In this document: piece after piece, positions 24,109-38,545 of the stretch | Layout of the letters: each line of letters starts with the position of its first letter | How positions within the stretch are numbered: position 1 is the first letter of the stretch | Assembly (NCBI GenBank): GCA_964035545.1 | Contig: OZ037770.1 | Span: 6,272,729-6,336,728, forward strand | Origin: Bugula neritina | Taxonomy: Eukaryota; Animalia; Bryozoa | DNA: 64,000 nucleotides | Direction of reading: 5' to 3' | The notes under the pieces: generated by a model | Databases searched by the model: none | What the model was told of the DNA's origin: nothing | Seen by the model: the letters and a program-made list of their open reading frames with translations, nothing else | Made by a program: the position numbers and the translations under genes

Positions 24109-26859
24109 CATCATCATCATCATTAGCTGTCCTTCGTGTCCGAAGATGACTTCCGGTGAATCATGGTCCTCCATTTACATCTGTTTTGCTGAGAGATTGC
24201 CAGCTGCCAATAGGGATCCTCAGGTCTTTTAGATTGCGTTTAACGGTATCTTTGAATCTCAGTTGCGGCCTGCCAACACCACGGGTGCCTTCTTTCAGTT
24301 GTGAATAGAGAATTTGTTTAGGTATTCTAGAATTATCCATTTGATGCACATGACCAGCCCATCTCAGGTTTTTTTGAATGAGTAGTTCATACATGCTGGG
24401 TAGATTTGCCTGTGCTAGAGTCTCCTCATTCGAGATGAAATCCCACCACTTCACGTTCAAGATCTGGCGTAGATGTCTCATCATATAGGTGTTGAATTTG
24501 TGAGCGACTATCCTGTATACAGGCCAGGCCTCCGCTCCATAGAGCAGAGAGGACAGGACAATGGCTCTGTACACTGTACACTTGGTCTTGAATGACAGAT
24601 CCTTATTGTACCACACTTTGGTCTTTAGTCTGCCGAATGAGATTGAAGCATTGGACATCCTTGTATAAATCTCTTCATCCATCTTGTTGTTGCACATCAC
24701 TGTAGACCCAAGATATTTAAACTTATTGACGTTGGCAAGGTCTACATTATCTATGCAGATACTGTCACCACCGTCATGGGCTCCAGGTGCCGGTTGGTAG
24801 AGCGTTTCCGTTTTCTTGATATTGATCTTCAGACCAAAAGCTTTGGACGCTCTGGCGAGTCTGTCGACTAATTCCTGTGCATCGCCATGGCTGTGTGCAA
24901 TGAAGGCAGTGTCGTCAGCAAACATGAGTTCTCTAACCAATACTTTCTGTATTCTTGTTGTTGACTTGTATTGGTTCACATTGAACAGATCAGCTCCAGG
25001 TCTACTTTGAATCCAGACGCCTTTATCACAGTTTTCAAATGCGTGCTGTAGAACAGCTGATAAGAAAATAGAGATTAGCGTTGGAGCCAACACACATCTT
25101 TGTTTCACACCATTGTTGACCTGGAACGACTCAGATAGCTCCTCCTTCAGCTTGACTGAGGCCTTCATGCCAGTATGGAGAGCGCTGATAAGATTGGTGA
25201 AGTGACTGGGAAAACCGAGTTTCTGTAAGATCTTCCACGGGGTCGCCTGATCAACAGTATCGAACGCTTTAGTGAAGTCAATGAAGACTATGTACAGGGG
25301 CATATTTTGCTCGATGCATTTTTCCTGTATCTGCTTCAGTGCAAATATCATGTCCGCTGTTCCCCTTCCACGACAGAATCCACACTGAGTCTCGGGTAGG
25401 AAGTTTTCTGCATATGATGTCAGTCTATTTAGAAGGACACGAGCAAAATCTTTGCCGGGAATTGAGAGCAGGGAGAGACCTCTGTAGTTACCGCACAGCT
25501 TCCGATCACCCTTTTTGTAGATGGTTATAAGTTGGGCATCTTTCCAATCTTGAGGGACTACAGCAGTTTTCCATGCCTCCTTTATTATCTCATGGAGAGT
25601 ACTTATTAGTTTGGGCCCTCCCCTTTTGATAACCTCAGAGTGAATACCATCAGAGCCAGGTGATTTCCCTTCACTTAGCATCGAAGTTGCCTTGATGATC
25701 TTTTCAATATCTGGGCATTCGTTCATCCAGTTCTGAATGGGAGCTTGTCTCAGGTTCTCAATGATGTTGTCATCAATATCTGGAGTCTCGTTTAGTAGCT
25801 TGCTAAAATGCTCTGACCATCTCGCTAGAAGATCTTGTTTTTCTGTCAGGAGTGTTGAGCTGTCACTGGCCAGGAGCTGGTCAGGATGACTCACTCTTGG
25901 ACCCCAAACAGTTTTCGTGCTTTGGTAAAAGCCTTTCATGTCGTTAGTGTCAGCAAACCGTTGCAGTTCAGCAGCTTTTGCCAACCACCAGTCGTTCTTG
26001 AGCTCCCTGCATCTTCCTGTGAGTTTTCTGCCAGCCATTCTAAGCTTTGACTTGTTCGAGCGAGTATTCCTGGTTAATATGTCTGCTCTGGCCTTGTTTC
26101 TCTTCTGGATGAGTTCTTGAAGCTCATCATTATTCTCGTCAAACCAGTCCTCATGCTTCCTGCTGACAGTGCCGAGGTGCACTTTTGACTCTGCATAAAC
26201 TATCTCTTTGAATGCTCTCCACTTATTCTCTACGCCCTCTGGAGCAGAGTTCAGTTTCCCAGCAAGGGACTTTTCCAGTTCTTCTCTTACTTCCTCATTC
26301 TTAAGTCGAGAAACGTCCAGCTTCTGGCAAGGTGTTCTCCCTTTCTTCATTTTTCTCCTCACTCTGAGCTTAGCTTTTGACCTTATCATGATGTGGTCAG
26401 TACTGCAATTCGCCCCTCTCATCGCCCTTGTGTCCAGAATGTCTGGTAGATCACGTTGTCGTGTGATAACAAAGTCGATGAGATGCCAGTTCTTGCTTCT
26501 CGGGTGCATCCAAGAAAACTTGTGAGCTGGTCTTTGCTTGAAGAAAGTGTTGGTAATTCACAGTTGATGTTCACTACAGACTGAGATCAGAAGTTCACCA
26601 TTGGAGTTCAGGTTTCCGCAGCCATACTTGCCTATCACAACGGGCCAGGTTGAGTGATCTTGTCCAACCCTAGTATTGAAGTCCCCCATGAGTAAGATCT
26701 TATCAGCTGCTGGGACTGATCTTAGAGCCTGATTCAGTTGGTCATAGAATCTGTTGATGTTTTCTTGGCTGTTTGTCATCGTGGGAGCATAGACAGCTAT
26801 CACAGTGCACCATCGCTCATCAGACAGAGGAACCCTGAGTGACATCAGTCTGTCACTTA
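24109..26859 (-). mobile_element. RTE-clade (BovB-like) non-LTR retrotransposon, 5'-truncated
   Basis: APE + RT reading frame 26845-24161 (WMHPRSKNWHLIDFV..RAMRGANCSTDH, NYRGLSLL, QCGF, FIDFTKAFD, ELMFADD, LRWAGHV). One in-frame TGA at 26558 and a 3' frameshift. (GAT)n 3' tail at 24109-24123. Flanks ACTGTTACTACA / ACTGTAACTACA look like a TSD. Confidence 0.95.
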
Positions 26860-27212
26860 CTGTAACTACAAGTGAGTGACTAATACTGTAAGTACAAGTG
26901 AGTGATTAATACTGTAACTACAAGTGAGTGACTAATACTGTAAGTACAAGTGAGTGACTAATACTGTAGCTACAAGTGGATGACTGATACTGTAACTACA
27001 AGTGGCTAGATAGCTCTGTGTGAGTCACCATGCACTATGATAAAGACAGTGAAGGTGACATTTGCTTGCTCTTGTAGAGCTGATAACTTCTCCCACCATC
27101 AACTCTGCTGGGAAATCAGACAACAAAAACTTTAAAGAACTTGCTGAGCAGAAAAGACTTGAGTTCTTAAAGAAGAAGTCAGATTCCAGGTAAGTCACAC
27201 GCTTCAAGAGCA

Positions 27213-27310
27213 GTCACACAGTATGACACATTATAGTCACACAGTGTGACACATTATAGGCACACAGTATGACACATTATAGTCACACAGTATGACACAT
27301 CATAGTCATA
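27213..27310. repeat. 23-bp minisatellite (GTCACACAGTATGACACATTATA)n
   Basis: About 4 units just after the donor at 27190. Confidence 0.85.
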
Positions 27311-28521
27311 CGTTGCTGCTATTTTAAAGCATCAGATTATTTGATTCCAAAATATTTGCTGCTTTTAATTTATTTTAAACAACGGAAATACTATTTTTAC
27401 AGAGAAAAATTACTTCCTCCACCTCCTGTGATTAGCCAATCAGAAAGCTTGAAAACAAATGAAAGTTTGGAAGCAAGAGACGAAGAAGATAATAGCATGA
27501 GTGAACTGCAAAAAATAATGAGTAGATTGTCGGTGGCTAAGGGTGAAGAGCCAAACAACAACGTTAAGAAGGTAAGGCTAAGAAGTATTTCCTGTTTGCC
27601 AGCTTCGCCTGAATGCTACATTTGCAATCTCCGTGAATTATGCTTGTAACAGTTGCCTTCTGCTAGTCTAAGCTTCCAAGTAATTCAACATTTTTGGAGT
27701 TGTCATCACCTTTAGGGCAATGCTTTGACTGTTTTGCCAGAAGCCTCCTCCATTAGTTACAAAGAAGCCAAGTAAAGTGCAGCAACCATAATCCACCCAG
27801 GATCACCTCTCCCCTGTTGAGGAGTTCTCTCCCCCTCCCCCACCGCATGACTTTAGTTCCACAGCTAATGACATTCTTATACCACCTCCAACCTTTGAGA
27901 TACCTCCACAGATAGCAGCCCTGTCTCCTCCCATAGCCTCAGTATCATCTAATAGTAAGAACGAGGAGTCACACAGCTACCCTTCCCAGCACGGCCTGCA
28001 TACTACCCATCAAACCATGTAAGTAGCTGATGGAATACTGGATTAACACCTATCAGTTTGCTCCACACTGCAAATGCCTTTTCAGTGTAGATTATAACTC
28101 AATAATTGTTTGATAAACACTGGTGTAAATAGAGTCCTTTGGTTTTGAAAAAAGTTATTTAGTTAACGGTTTTTTTTAAGTATTTCTAATGGGTTTCAGG
28201 CAATGACAGGAGTAGCCTTGCTGTTAGATTACTCACAATTTAAAAGAAGAATTAATGTTGGAATACTTAATAAAAGATAAATTATGTACTATATGTATAC
28301 CTTGTAATACTGACATGCTAACATATACACGTGTGTCGTATGCACTGGAAGCAAATGAGTCCTAATGACTCTGTTTTTTTTGTCAGGATGTGGACAATCA
28401 CAGTGTGACATCAAGCGTAGGAAGTGACACAATTTCCTCCGTGTCACAAGCTGGCAACCGACTGTATGTCGCTACCTCCGGATACAGCTCAGACCCATCT
28501 CGCTCTAATAAAATCTCCATA

Positions 28522-28660
28522 TCAGGTGAGTGCCTGCAAGTTTATGTCAGGGTTTCAGGTGGGCACCTGTTTTTTCCTGTTAGGGTGTCAGGTGAGCACC
28601 TGTTTTTTTCTGTCAGGGTGTCAGGTGAGCACCTGCAAGTTCCTGTTAGGGTGTCAAGGA
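28522..28660. repeat. 33-bp tandem repeat containing the splice donor TCAG/GTGAG
   Basis: About 4 units TCAGGTGAGCACCTG...AGGGTG starting at the exon end at 28525. Confidence 0.85.
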
Positions 28661-31225
28661 ACTGGATTGGTAAAACCGTCTCCTGTTCAAGTTTCGATAC
28701 AGTTTTCAATGCACCATTTTTACCACAAGATACTTTATGACTGTGTCATTTTTCAATGTCTGTTGAACTCTTTTGAAAGAAGCATAAAATTCAAACAAGG
28801 CTGTAAAAGGAAGGTATATTGGCGTATCACATGATATAGTATGTTATACATACATACTTGAAATTAGTGTACCAGATATACCCATTCTGTCCTATAGTAC
28901 TGATTGTGTATGCTGCATGTAAGAATGTTGAGTTATGGAGTACAGGAGAAGTGGGAGTGTGGCTGGATGCTATTGGACTCGGAGAATACAAAGCAGTGTT
29001 TGCTGAAAACTGCATAGAAGGGGAAACATTGATTAGCTTTAGTAAAGCAGATGTGAAAGAACTGGGGGTAGAGAAAGTAGGGCACCGGGTTAAACTCGAT
29101 AAGAAAATTGGAAAACTGATTGCTGAAAGCAATGCCTAAAGAGATTAAAACCCATAATAATTTTGAAGAAATAATATATTGAACTTTTATTCCTTTTTAA
29201 CAATAATAATTTTAGCATGCAACTCCACTGCTTATATTTTTATATTTAATGTGGAGTATTAGCATTATTCCATTTTATATACGATATTCTCTATGTATTG
29301 TAATTAGTCTATTTTGCCGGCTTTCCCAATATGATCTTATTCTAGTAATAGGGTGCAGATAGACGAGACTGCTTACTATAATATTATTATGCACTAGACC
29401 ACAGCTTATGGTACTTTGTTAAAGCTTCTCTAGAACTGCAGCATAATTTATGTTACCTAACAGAACTGAGCTGGACTAAGCTGAGAATGGAATACATTTT
29501 TGTTTGCATCAAGTTATGTTTAAATATTGATGAGGTATTTTCTACTGATTATAAGCACTATTTTCATGTTGAAACTTTCTACTATAGAATGAAATATAGT
29601 TTCATTTCTTCCATTAAGTATATAAATAAAACTTGCTTATACTTATGGTATTAATTATATTTGTTTGCAAATTAGTGAAACATTGATCAACCTTCTGCCT
29701 AAGTTTAGCTGTTTTTAATTTTTTTGATAATTTTTAAAAGCTATAGAAGACTACATATGATAGTAAAATGATATATCAGCATAGAGCTATTTAAGTGGGA
29801 TTATTGTATTTCTATTGAGTTGTTCTTATTATTGTTGCAACAGAACATGTTTTATTGAGGGTGACCAGGTTATTTTAATCAATGTACTGTGGTTAATTTG
29901 AAACACAATGCTTATAATAATTATCAGTGAGAATTAATTTGATGGTTTTTATGACAATAATAGGAACATTCTGTTCAACAATTGAATATGTAAAGCAAAA
30001 GTTTAATATTTGTGTGTCTTTCAAAACGCAGAACCTGAAAATGTCCAACAATCAAATATTAACCAAAACTTAATATTTGTGTGATATTCAGAATGCAGAT
30101 CTTGGACAAGCTATCTGTTTTTAGTGTCTTGCTGTGTGTTCAGCTAGTTTCCAGGTGAGTGACATCTTTCAACTGCCACACTATGATAATAAAAAGGAGA
30201 GAATGTAAATGCATGTTCATTAACGTCAAACAATAATTTTAATTCGTAGGGTTGTGCTCACTTGATAAAGTGGACTCTAAAAAGACAAACTCAAACCAAT
30301 ATAATGTCTCCTTTCTCTTTTAGTGTTAATTTCCCATACTTTGAGTTCTTAGACTTAAAAGTAGACAAGCTTACAGCTGACAAAGTACGGGTTGTTGCGA
30401 ACATTTCTCAAACCAACATAATGAGTTTTGTGAGTAACCAATTTTATGGTTTCTCGGCTTACATAAACTTTACCTGCAGAGATGCAGTGACAGGAGAATT
30501 TTATCACAAAATCCTTCACCCAATTTCATCACCCGATCTGATATCATTGGTTGTAGAGGTTAGTTGCATCATCTATTATAATTGTATTTTCACAACGCCT
30601 AGACTATTTTTAAAAAATGCTAAGTATATAAAGTATATTTGAATGATTAATTTATTGAGTAAGTTATTTGTCTCCTATGTAATGAGGAGAATTTATTAGT
30701 TACAGCAGAAGAAACTTATACAGCTAAAACAGTTTATTAATGCCTCTGTTATTTCATCAATTTAATAGTTCATGTGCATGCAATTTATTGCCATTCTGTA
30801 TCTGAAGGTGAACACTTTACTTGATTCAAAGATTGATATAAAACCCCATTATTTGGTTAGCAGATTACTTTAGTTTAAAAATTAGCCAACAGTACATAAA
30901 CACCAACTAATTTTCATAAATTGTGTACCTTTTCAATTCATATCCTTTGTGATCAACATGCATTTAGCTACAAGCAAAGACATTCTAAATTATGTTTAAG
31001 GAAGACATCTCGCCTCTAATACCTGGTACACTATACTTGTTTGGAGTTGTCCTTGTCAGCTACAAAGAAAGCACTTTAGCCCACGCTGAGACAGTATTCT
31101 ATTTAGGTTTGTTTTTTTTATGTACACTAAACATATACATATCTCTACAAGTTATACAGTCATTCTTTCTCAACTTTTAAACATTAGGCTTAACTTTAGC
31201 ATCAAATAGGACCAAACTTATCTTA

Positions 31226-31370
31226 TATATATATACATACATATGTATACATACATACGTACATATATATATACATACATACATACATTCATACATACGT
31301 ACATACATACGTACATACATACATACATACATACGTACATACATACGTACGTACATACATACATATATAT
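31226..31370. repeat. (TACA)n/(TA)n microsatellite
   Basis: Read directly from the sequence. Confidence 0.9.
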
Positions 31371-32497
31371 ACACTATAATATACTATAAGCTATAATATT
31401 GTGTATAGAGAAAGTAATTCTGAGAAATTTTGAAGTCCGCTCACTGGACACCAATTTGGTTGTGGAGTATCTCCCTCACTACCTCACAGGACAAACCAGC
31501 TACATTTTGAATTGTGGTTATGAAATGTTTAATGAGGAAAATTCTACGACTGACCGTCATGTTGAAGTAGAACGTGAGAGTGAGTTACCATTCCAGCATT
31601 AAACTAAAAAAATGCCTCTTTGTATTAAAATGTTTAGCTTGCAGTTGCAATACCTTTAAAATAATTTAATTGTATAGTATTATAATATTCACATTGAAAT
31701 ATTCGATTGATTTCATAAGAGTCTCACAAACACGACATAATAATCTAGTGTTTCATTGCATATAGCCTACTTTTGAAATAAATTATGTATATATATTGTA
31801 ATTCATATTATTGAATTTTGTTGAATGATGCAACTTGCATGATACATTAAATTTTAAGCATTATTTATCAATCTCTGACTTATAGCAAATTTTATATATG
31901 AATGATTATATATTATGTATAAAGTATGTATAATAGAGGAAGCAGCCCTAGTTTCTGGTTTATTAAACATGCAAGGATTTTATCACAATGAATACTATTG
32001 GTGATAAGAAATGACATTCTTGATCCTTTATCATAGAAGAAACACATTTTCAACTTTCTTGAAACATAATCTTTTCCGTCAGACGTTTTTCATAAATATG
32101 GCCACTGTAAATCTATTGTAAATAGAAAAGAGCATATGGGAAGAGTGGTGCTCTCATATAACATACTCAAACATGCAAATTTATTGCTGCTATCTCTGCG
32201 AGAAAGCTGCTGATGGAAGAGTTTTTTGTTAAATTGGGCTAATCACTTTTTCAAAAGTGTCAAAGAAAAAATTATGACCAGATGCTTCTTAGCTTCACCA
32301 ATGGACTTCGTTGGAGTTTAAACCCTTTATTTTGTGCTTAGTAGGTAGACGATGTCTGCTCTGTGTCCTGCTCTTATTTGTTGTTGTTCGATAGCGTTTC
32401 TTATTTGAGCTTTTATTATATAAGCTTTAAGAAATAAAAGCAATATGTAAAGCTTTCTTGATAAAAAGTTAATGCTTTATGTAGATCCATTTAGTAA

Positions 32498-32822
<325 letters not shown>

Positions 32823-33477
32823 GCAACTTTCTGCAACTTTCTGCTAACTTGCTCTATGCTCAATAAATCTTATTCACTTAATACTGCGAGGAAAACTTTC
32901 AGCCCATGTCAGTAATGTTGAATGCACAGCACACGGTGAGATGAAGAGTCGTTAGCCTACTAGAAAACCTTTAAATTAAGACGTTAAGATAAACTTGTTT
33001 TGTTTGCAGGAAAGCATGTAAAAAACTTTTGATTTAGAGCTAAACAAGCTTGCAACATAAAACCAAACATATCTTTTTTAGTTTATATTAAGAAACAGTC
33101 TGTTAACACCTTTGAACAATCTATTGGTAATGTCAATAACCCGCCCCTCCCTATGGCCTATTCAATCCTGTTCAAACACTATTGGTGGAGAATTGACTTG
33201 AAAGGTCTCTACAAGGTTGCTAGAATTGACATCAAACTGGCTGACTCTACTCGCACAACAGTTCTGAGAGAAAGAGATGTCACATTAATAGAACATGCAT
33301 TACAACTCAATGAAAGTACGTCATGAGGTTCACCCCGAATTGTAGGCAGTTTTCAACATGTTCTTCAGTTACAGAATCTGAACAAATTATTATGTTAAAT
33401 TCCGTTTAATTTTAGGTAGCATTGTTTTGAAACTCATGGTGATATCTAATCTGAAACCTATGCTGACACCTATACTG

Positions 33478-33548
<71 letters not shown>
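33478..33548. repeat. (TA)n microsatellite
   Basis: Read directly from the sequence. Confidence 0.95.
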
Positions 33549-33551
<3 letters not shown>

Positions 33552-33870
33552 ATTGTATCGTGAGATTTTTAAAAAACAGCGATAAAAAAGTGCTCAAATT
33601 ATTATGTGTATAATAATGAGCAATTATATTATTGAGGAAAAGAGCAATTTAATTATATAGATGTTGTTTTATTGTACTACTAATAGTTTCATGCCTCTTC
33701 GGCACTCCTCAGGCACAATATTGTTATAGATGACACATACTATTTCATTGTTAACCTCCTCTTTCTTGGATGAAACCTGTGAATGAGGTTGTTTCACTTT
33801 TTCTCTGGCTAGTAGCATGTGCTTATACTGTCCCAGTACACTAGAGCAAGACACAGCTGTCTTATTCCTC

Positions 33871-33875
<5 letters not shown>

Positions 33876-33913
<38 letters not shown>

Positions 33914-33985
33914 AATATGTAATATGCAAATATGTAATATGCAAATATGTAATATGCAAATATGTAATATGCAAATATGTAATAT
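33876..33985. repeat. (TA)n followed by a 15-bp repeat (ATGCAAATATGTAAT)x5
   Basis: Read directly from the sequence. Confidence 0.9.
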
Positions 33986-35031
33986 CAATGTATATCTATA
34001 TAATATATCTATATATCTATATATATCTGTATAATATGTGCTTGTCTTTTGCAGGAGCGCAGAATACTGAGGAAAGAGACGTTATTGATCAGTTCCCATT
34101 TGACTTACACAATCATAGCATTTCCAAAAATACTTATTCTAAGTCTTTTAAAATGAATCTCAGCATGCCTCACAGTGTTGAAAAAATTGTCTTGTATTAC
34201 ACCTTCAAAAATTGCACTGCAGAACTTGGAACTGTTAAAGGGCAGGAAATGTATTCTATTGTGTTAGTTACATGTGAGTTCATTTTACTCACTGTAAGTC
34301 ACAATGAAAACTATACACCAAACTCTGTCGTTGGAAATTTGAAAATAGGTTCAACAGTATTGATGTGTTTTGTTCAACATACATAAACCTAACTTTATTA
34401 CAAAGTGTATACTCCATTTCTAATTTTTTATAAATTTTTAGATTATAATCTTTGTATTTTCACATTTAAAACTCAAAAGTTACATTAAAATATTTCATCA
34501 ACTCAAAGTTTTATTGAGATTGAGATTTTAGCGATCACTCCATGCAATGACCTGTTGATCACATTTTCTCTACTTAAATTGTACAATGCTTGTTTGTTAA
34601 AGATGATGAACAAGGAACTCCCATTACACAACATGACTTCAAAGGCAAAATGTTTGAAGCCTGTCAGAAGCAAAACAACGGTGACATGGGGTACAAAGTG
34701 CTAGTTATGCTACATAAAGATGAAACACCTGTTTCTGCTGTCACAATGGTAATTGCCAGTGGAAAAAGTATTTTGCTGACAGAAATAGAAATATACAAAA
34801 GAGGTAACTTTATTTACTGTAAATAGCTGTAAACAAACCATATAAAAATGCTATATGGTAGCATCACCTTCTGATCACGGTATTAATTTATATCTAATAA
34901 AAGAATGTAATAAAACAATGTTTTGATACGTAACAAAGGAACACTATGTATGTTGCCCAACAGATAAGTCGATACAGAATGCTTTCATGTCCCCTATGCA
35001 CTTTAAAGCTTAAAGTGGTAGAGCTGTTTTC

Positions 35032-35260
35032 AACAAACACACACCTTCAGGAACATGTGCACACACACTTACACATACATGCACGCACATACACACACAC
35101 TCAAATATTCACACATTCACCCTCACACACAACAACACACAGAACACCCACACAAACACACACAACACACTCAAACACACACACAAACACTTGCACACAC
35201 AACACATACGCAACACACACACAACACAAACAACACACACACACATACAAACACACGCAA
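35032..35260. repeat. Degenerate (CA)n
   Basis: Read directly from the sequence. Confidence 0.9.
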
Positions 35261-35732
35261 CTGCCAACAGTGTACATAAAATGAAACAAGTTGTGGTGTA
35301 TGAAATATTATAAACTAACTTTGAATATAAATTAAAGGAATAATATTTTAGTCAAGTTAAAAAAAAAAGTTATAAGCTGTCACGACTGCAGAAGATTAAA
35401 ATATTTTTTTTCTGATAAGCCCATTACAGATGCTATCAATTGAATTGTACTGTAGATAGACTTAATGTTGCTCTGGGAAAGATTGTAAAGTCTGGGAAAC
35501 CCCAAACCATTCCTCCGTGGTGGTTGGCAAAAGTAACTGATGGTGAAACATACACATCAGACCCCAGATATTTCAATTTACAGTGGAATTTTCCTCTAGA
35601 AAGATGGGCTGTGAATTTAACAAACTATTATATTGTGAAAGAAATTTATCTTCACAATATGTGCTGTGGAGTTTCCTGTCTACCATGTGGTAATGTATGA
35701 GTAACCTATTCTTTGCCTTCCTTCCTTCCTTT

Positions 35733-35959
<227 letters not shown>

Positions 35960-36779
35960 GGAAGAATTGGATTGTTGACTTTGTAGGAGAGGTACCATTT
36001 GCAGTGGCGCCTAGGGTCGACGAAGACACAAAATTCTCTATTTCACTAGTCACTCCTGAAACTATTGGAAATGTTTCTAAACTTGTCCTTCCATATTCAA
36101 TTGGAGCTAGAGAGATGTATATATATCAACATTTTGATAGAGCCACGATCATCAGATATAGTGAAATTGAATTTTTTAAAGGTATCTAGTTTATTGGTTT
36201 GTGCATAACCATTCATTTCAAACTACTACTTACACATTATAGAATTTATTATGTTCAGAGTGCACTTTTAAGTATTCTAATGCTACATGGTACATTATTC
36301 TTGATCTACTCACAGCCTTGTGCTATATTACACCTGATAATTGTAACTTTTGGATAGAGCATATAAATTTAGCCTCACTTATTCCCACCTATATTCGCAC
36401 TACCATGTTCCCATAGTGGGAGCATATATATTTATGTGGTTTGATTTTTAAAGAAACGATGAGAAAGCCATCTTTTAGCCTTCATAGTTTAGCTTCTCGG
36501 GATTTGAGCTCCTCACCCTGCGAGCTCGGAGATAACAATTGGGATACTTTGATAAAACATCGAGTGGTGGATGAACAGCTGACGACTTTGATACTGAATG
36601 AGCCTGTTAAATCCACTCGCTATCTTCAACTCTGTTGGAGTTCAAAAGATGAAATTGAGTTGGATCAGTTGATTATACATTCTTCAGGTAAGTTTATGTA
36701 AGAGATACACACCATTCTAGTTAGTTTGGAGAGCAGGTGGCTGTCTGAAATCTAATTTACTCAGGCTTCTCTATTCAGC

Positions 36780-37560
36780 ACTGTCCTAAGCATCCTCTGT
36801 GTTATTCTCTCAACAACTGGTTTCTGATCTTGAAACCCATCACTAAGAACATGTGCTGTAGTTTTCTTTGTTCACCTAGAATTTCTTTACACCTTTGGTG
36901 TTATCAAAATCTTCTCATTGTATAAGAATTAAATCAATTACTCCATGATCTCAGATGCTAAGTTTTGTAAGGGACTTCTCATCGTTTTTGCTAAAAGGTC
37001 TTAGCCGGTACCAAATCTCTACTTTTACTCAATTTAGAATCTTCTCTTCATCATCATTATTTCTATACCTGCTGACTATCTTCTGAAGTTTTTCCGTCTA
37101 CTTACTCTATTTGAATTACTTGTTGATGTCATTTGTTCTGAGGCTAAGATTTTTGTTGAAAACCCTATCAACAGTAAACATATTTGTTGTTTCTCTCTTT
37201 CCTTTCTAACCTTGTTAGGCAGCATAAGCAGTCACCATGATGTATGTTTCTCGTTGCTTTACCAACACCACTGCCATGACTCTAACAAAAGGCTCTCTCA
37301 GTTGCTATCTATTTTGCCACTCAGCACAAACCCATATCACAACTTCATTGTTTGGTCTTCCATTTCCACCGTATTATAACTTGCAACTATTTACAAAAAT
37401 CCTTGTTATTCATCCAGTTAGTTTTTATCCAGTTTACTTTGTTACCTGTAAGCATAGAGTGGTAATATATCTCTCTCTTTTATCATATATTCTGTTATTT
37501 CAGTGCTTTTTCCTGTTAAGGTCTCTAAGAAGCTAGTTCCAAATGGTTTTTTCTCAATGT
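36780..37560 (-). mobile_element. Old RTE-type LINE fragment (APE endonuclease region)
   Basis: Decayed minus-strand reading TWN...LTGKS.EI...LQ.TKW...Y.GGNG...R.MAV.L...MVTAYA, typical of RTE APE domains, with many stops and frameshifts. Confidence 0.55.
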
Positions 37561-37839
37561 CTTTCTTTCAACATTGTCCAAAAATGGAAGCAGCTGTGCA
37601 TCATCTCAATTTTTGTCTCTTTTCTGATTATCTTTGGCATAACTGTTGTGTGACATGTTTTATCAAGAACTGGGCATTCTTTCTGCTGTCCACCATGTGT
37701 GTTTATGTAGACTTGGGAACAGCAATCTACTTTTTTGATTGCTGAGCCATCATGTTACATCATAATATTTGATCACATGCTTGACAGGTTTTGAGCAGTA
37801 TCAGAAGCATATGACAGCTATAATGTACAATTACATATT

Positions 37840-38538
37840 CAGCAGCTTTCTATAGATCGATCTCAGCTCAAACTCAGGAAGATCGATCCATGGAAAGACG
37901 TCAAAGTTTGATCTCCATCAATCTAAGCTGGTCGGTCTGTTAAGCTCAAATTCAGATTGATCTCAAGGCAATAAGACCATGGAAAGAGAAAAAGATCGAT
38001 CCGAGAAGTAGAAAAAGACTGTTCGCTAATTACAAAGCAAATTACTTAATAATTACAATAGCCACATTTTCAAAAGCCAAAACTTTGACTTTCAGTACTA
38101 AGAAAACTCAATTATATAAAATTATCGATGGTAAAAAGTGCAAAAAATAGGAGCATTTAAATTGAATTTAAATGACTAGTAAAACTTACTTTCATTAGTT
38201 ATTTTTGAGTAAATTAAAGCCTAACAATATCCTGTAAAATTATGGATAATCTGCAAGGCAGCTAATAATTTTATATAAGCTGACAAGCCAAAAGATTAAA
38301 ATTTAATATCTTAAATTTGCCAAATTATTACACACTGAAAGCTTTGCTTTGCTGCTGGTGTTAAATTTTGGACTATGAAAATCTTGTTTTTCAACTGCAG
38401 TAGTTTTGTTCACTCAGATGGGTAAACAAATTATACTATTAGAGTACCCTCCACTTAAGAGGAGGCAGCTCAGCAAGATTGATCTAACACTTTCATGGAA
38501 AAACGGTCGATCTGAGATCGATCCATGGAAAGCCCGTG
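37840..38538. mobile_element. Degenerate TIR element (MITE) with GATCGATCCATGGAAA subterminal motifs
   Basis: Inverted match GCTTTCTATAGATCGATCTCAG (~37845) / CTGAGATCGATCCATGGAAAGC (~38512). Right end is CCCGTG. Confidence 0.45.
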
Positions 38539-38545
38539 ATCATAT

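Larger units (their letters stand above)
20864..29139 (+). pseudogene. SHANK: SHANK-like gene, 3' portion (proline-rich region + SAM domain), disrupted
   Basis: Approximate exons: 20864-21034, 21434-21654, 22079-22227, 23776-23883, 27078-27189, 27403-27571, 27741-28018, 28387-28525, 28898-29139. The last exon WSTGEVGVWLDAIGLGEYKAVFAENCIEGETL...KELGVEKVGHR resembles the Shank SAM domain (WSKFDVGDWLESIHLGEH...IEG.HL...ELGVTRVGHR). Also LPPPP runs, PPHDF/PPPTF (Homer PPxxF) and KPPPLVTKKP. In-frame TAAs at 23838 and 27789, and phase conflicts between exons. Confidence 0.72.

Noticed and set aside
33030-33032. In-frame TGA as selenocysteine
   Set aside because: No redox motif or SECIS was recognised, and a second frame-breaking lesion exists in the same gene.
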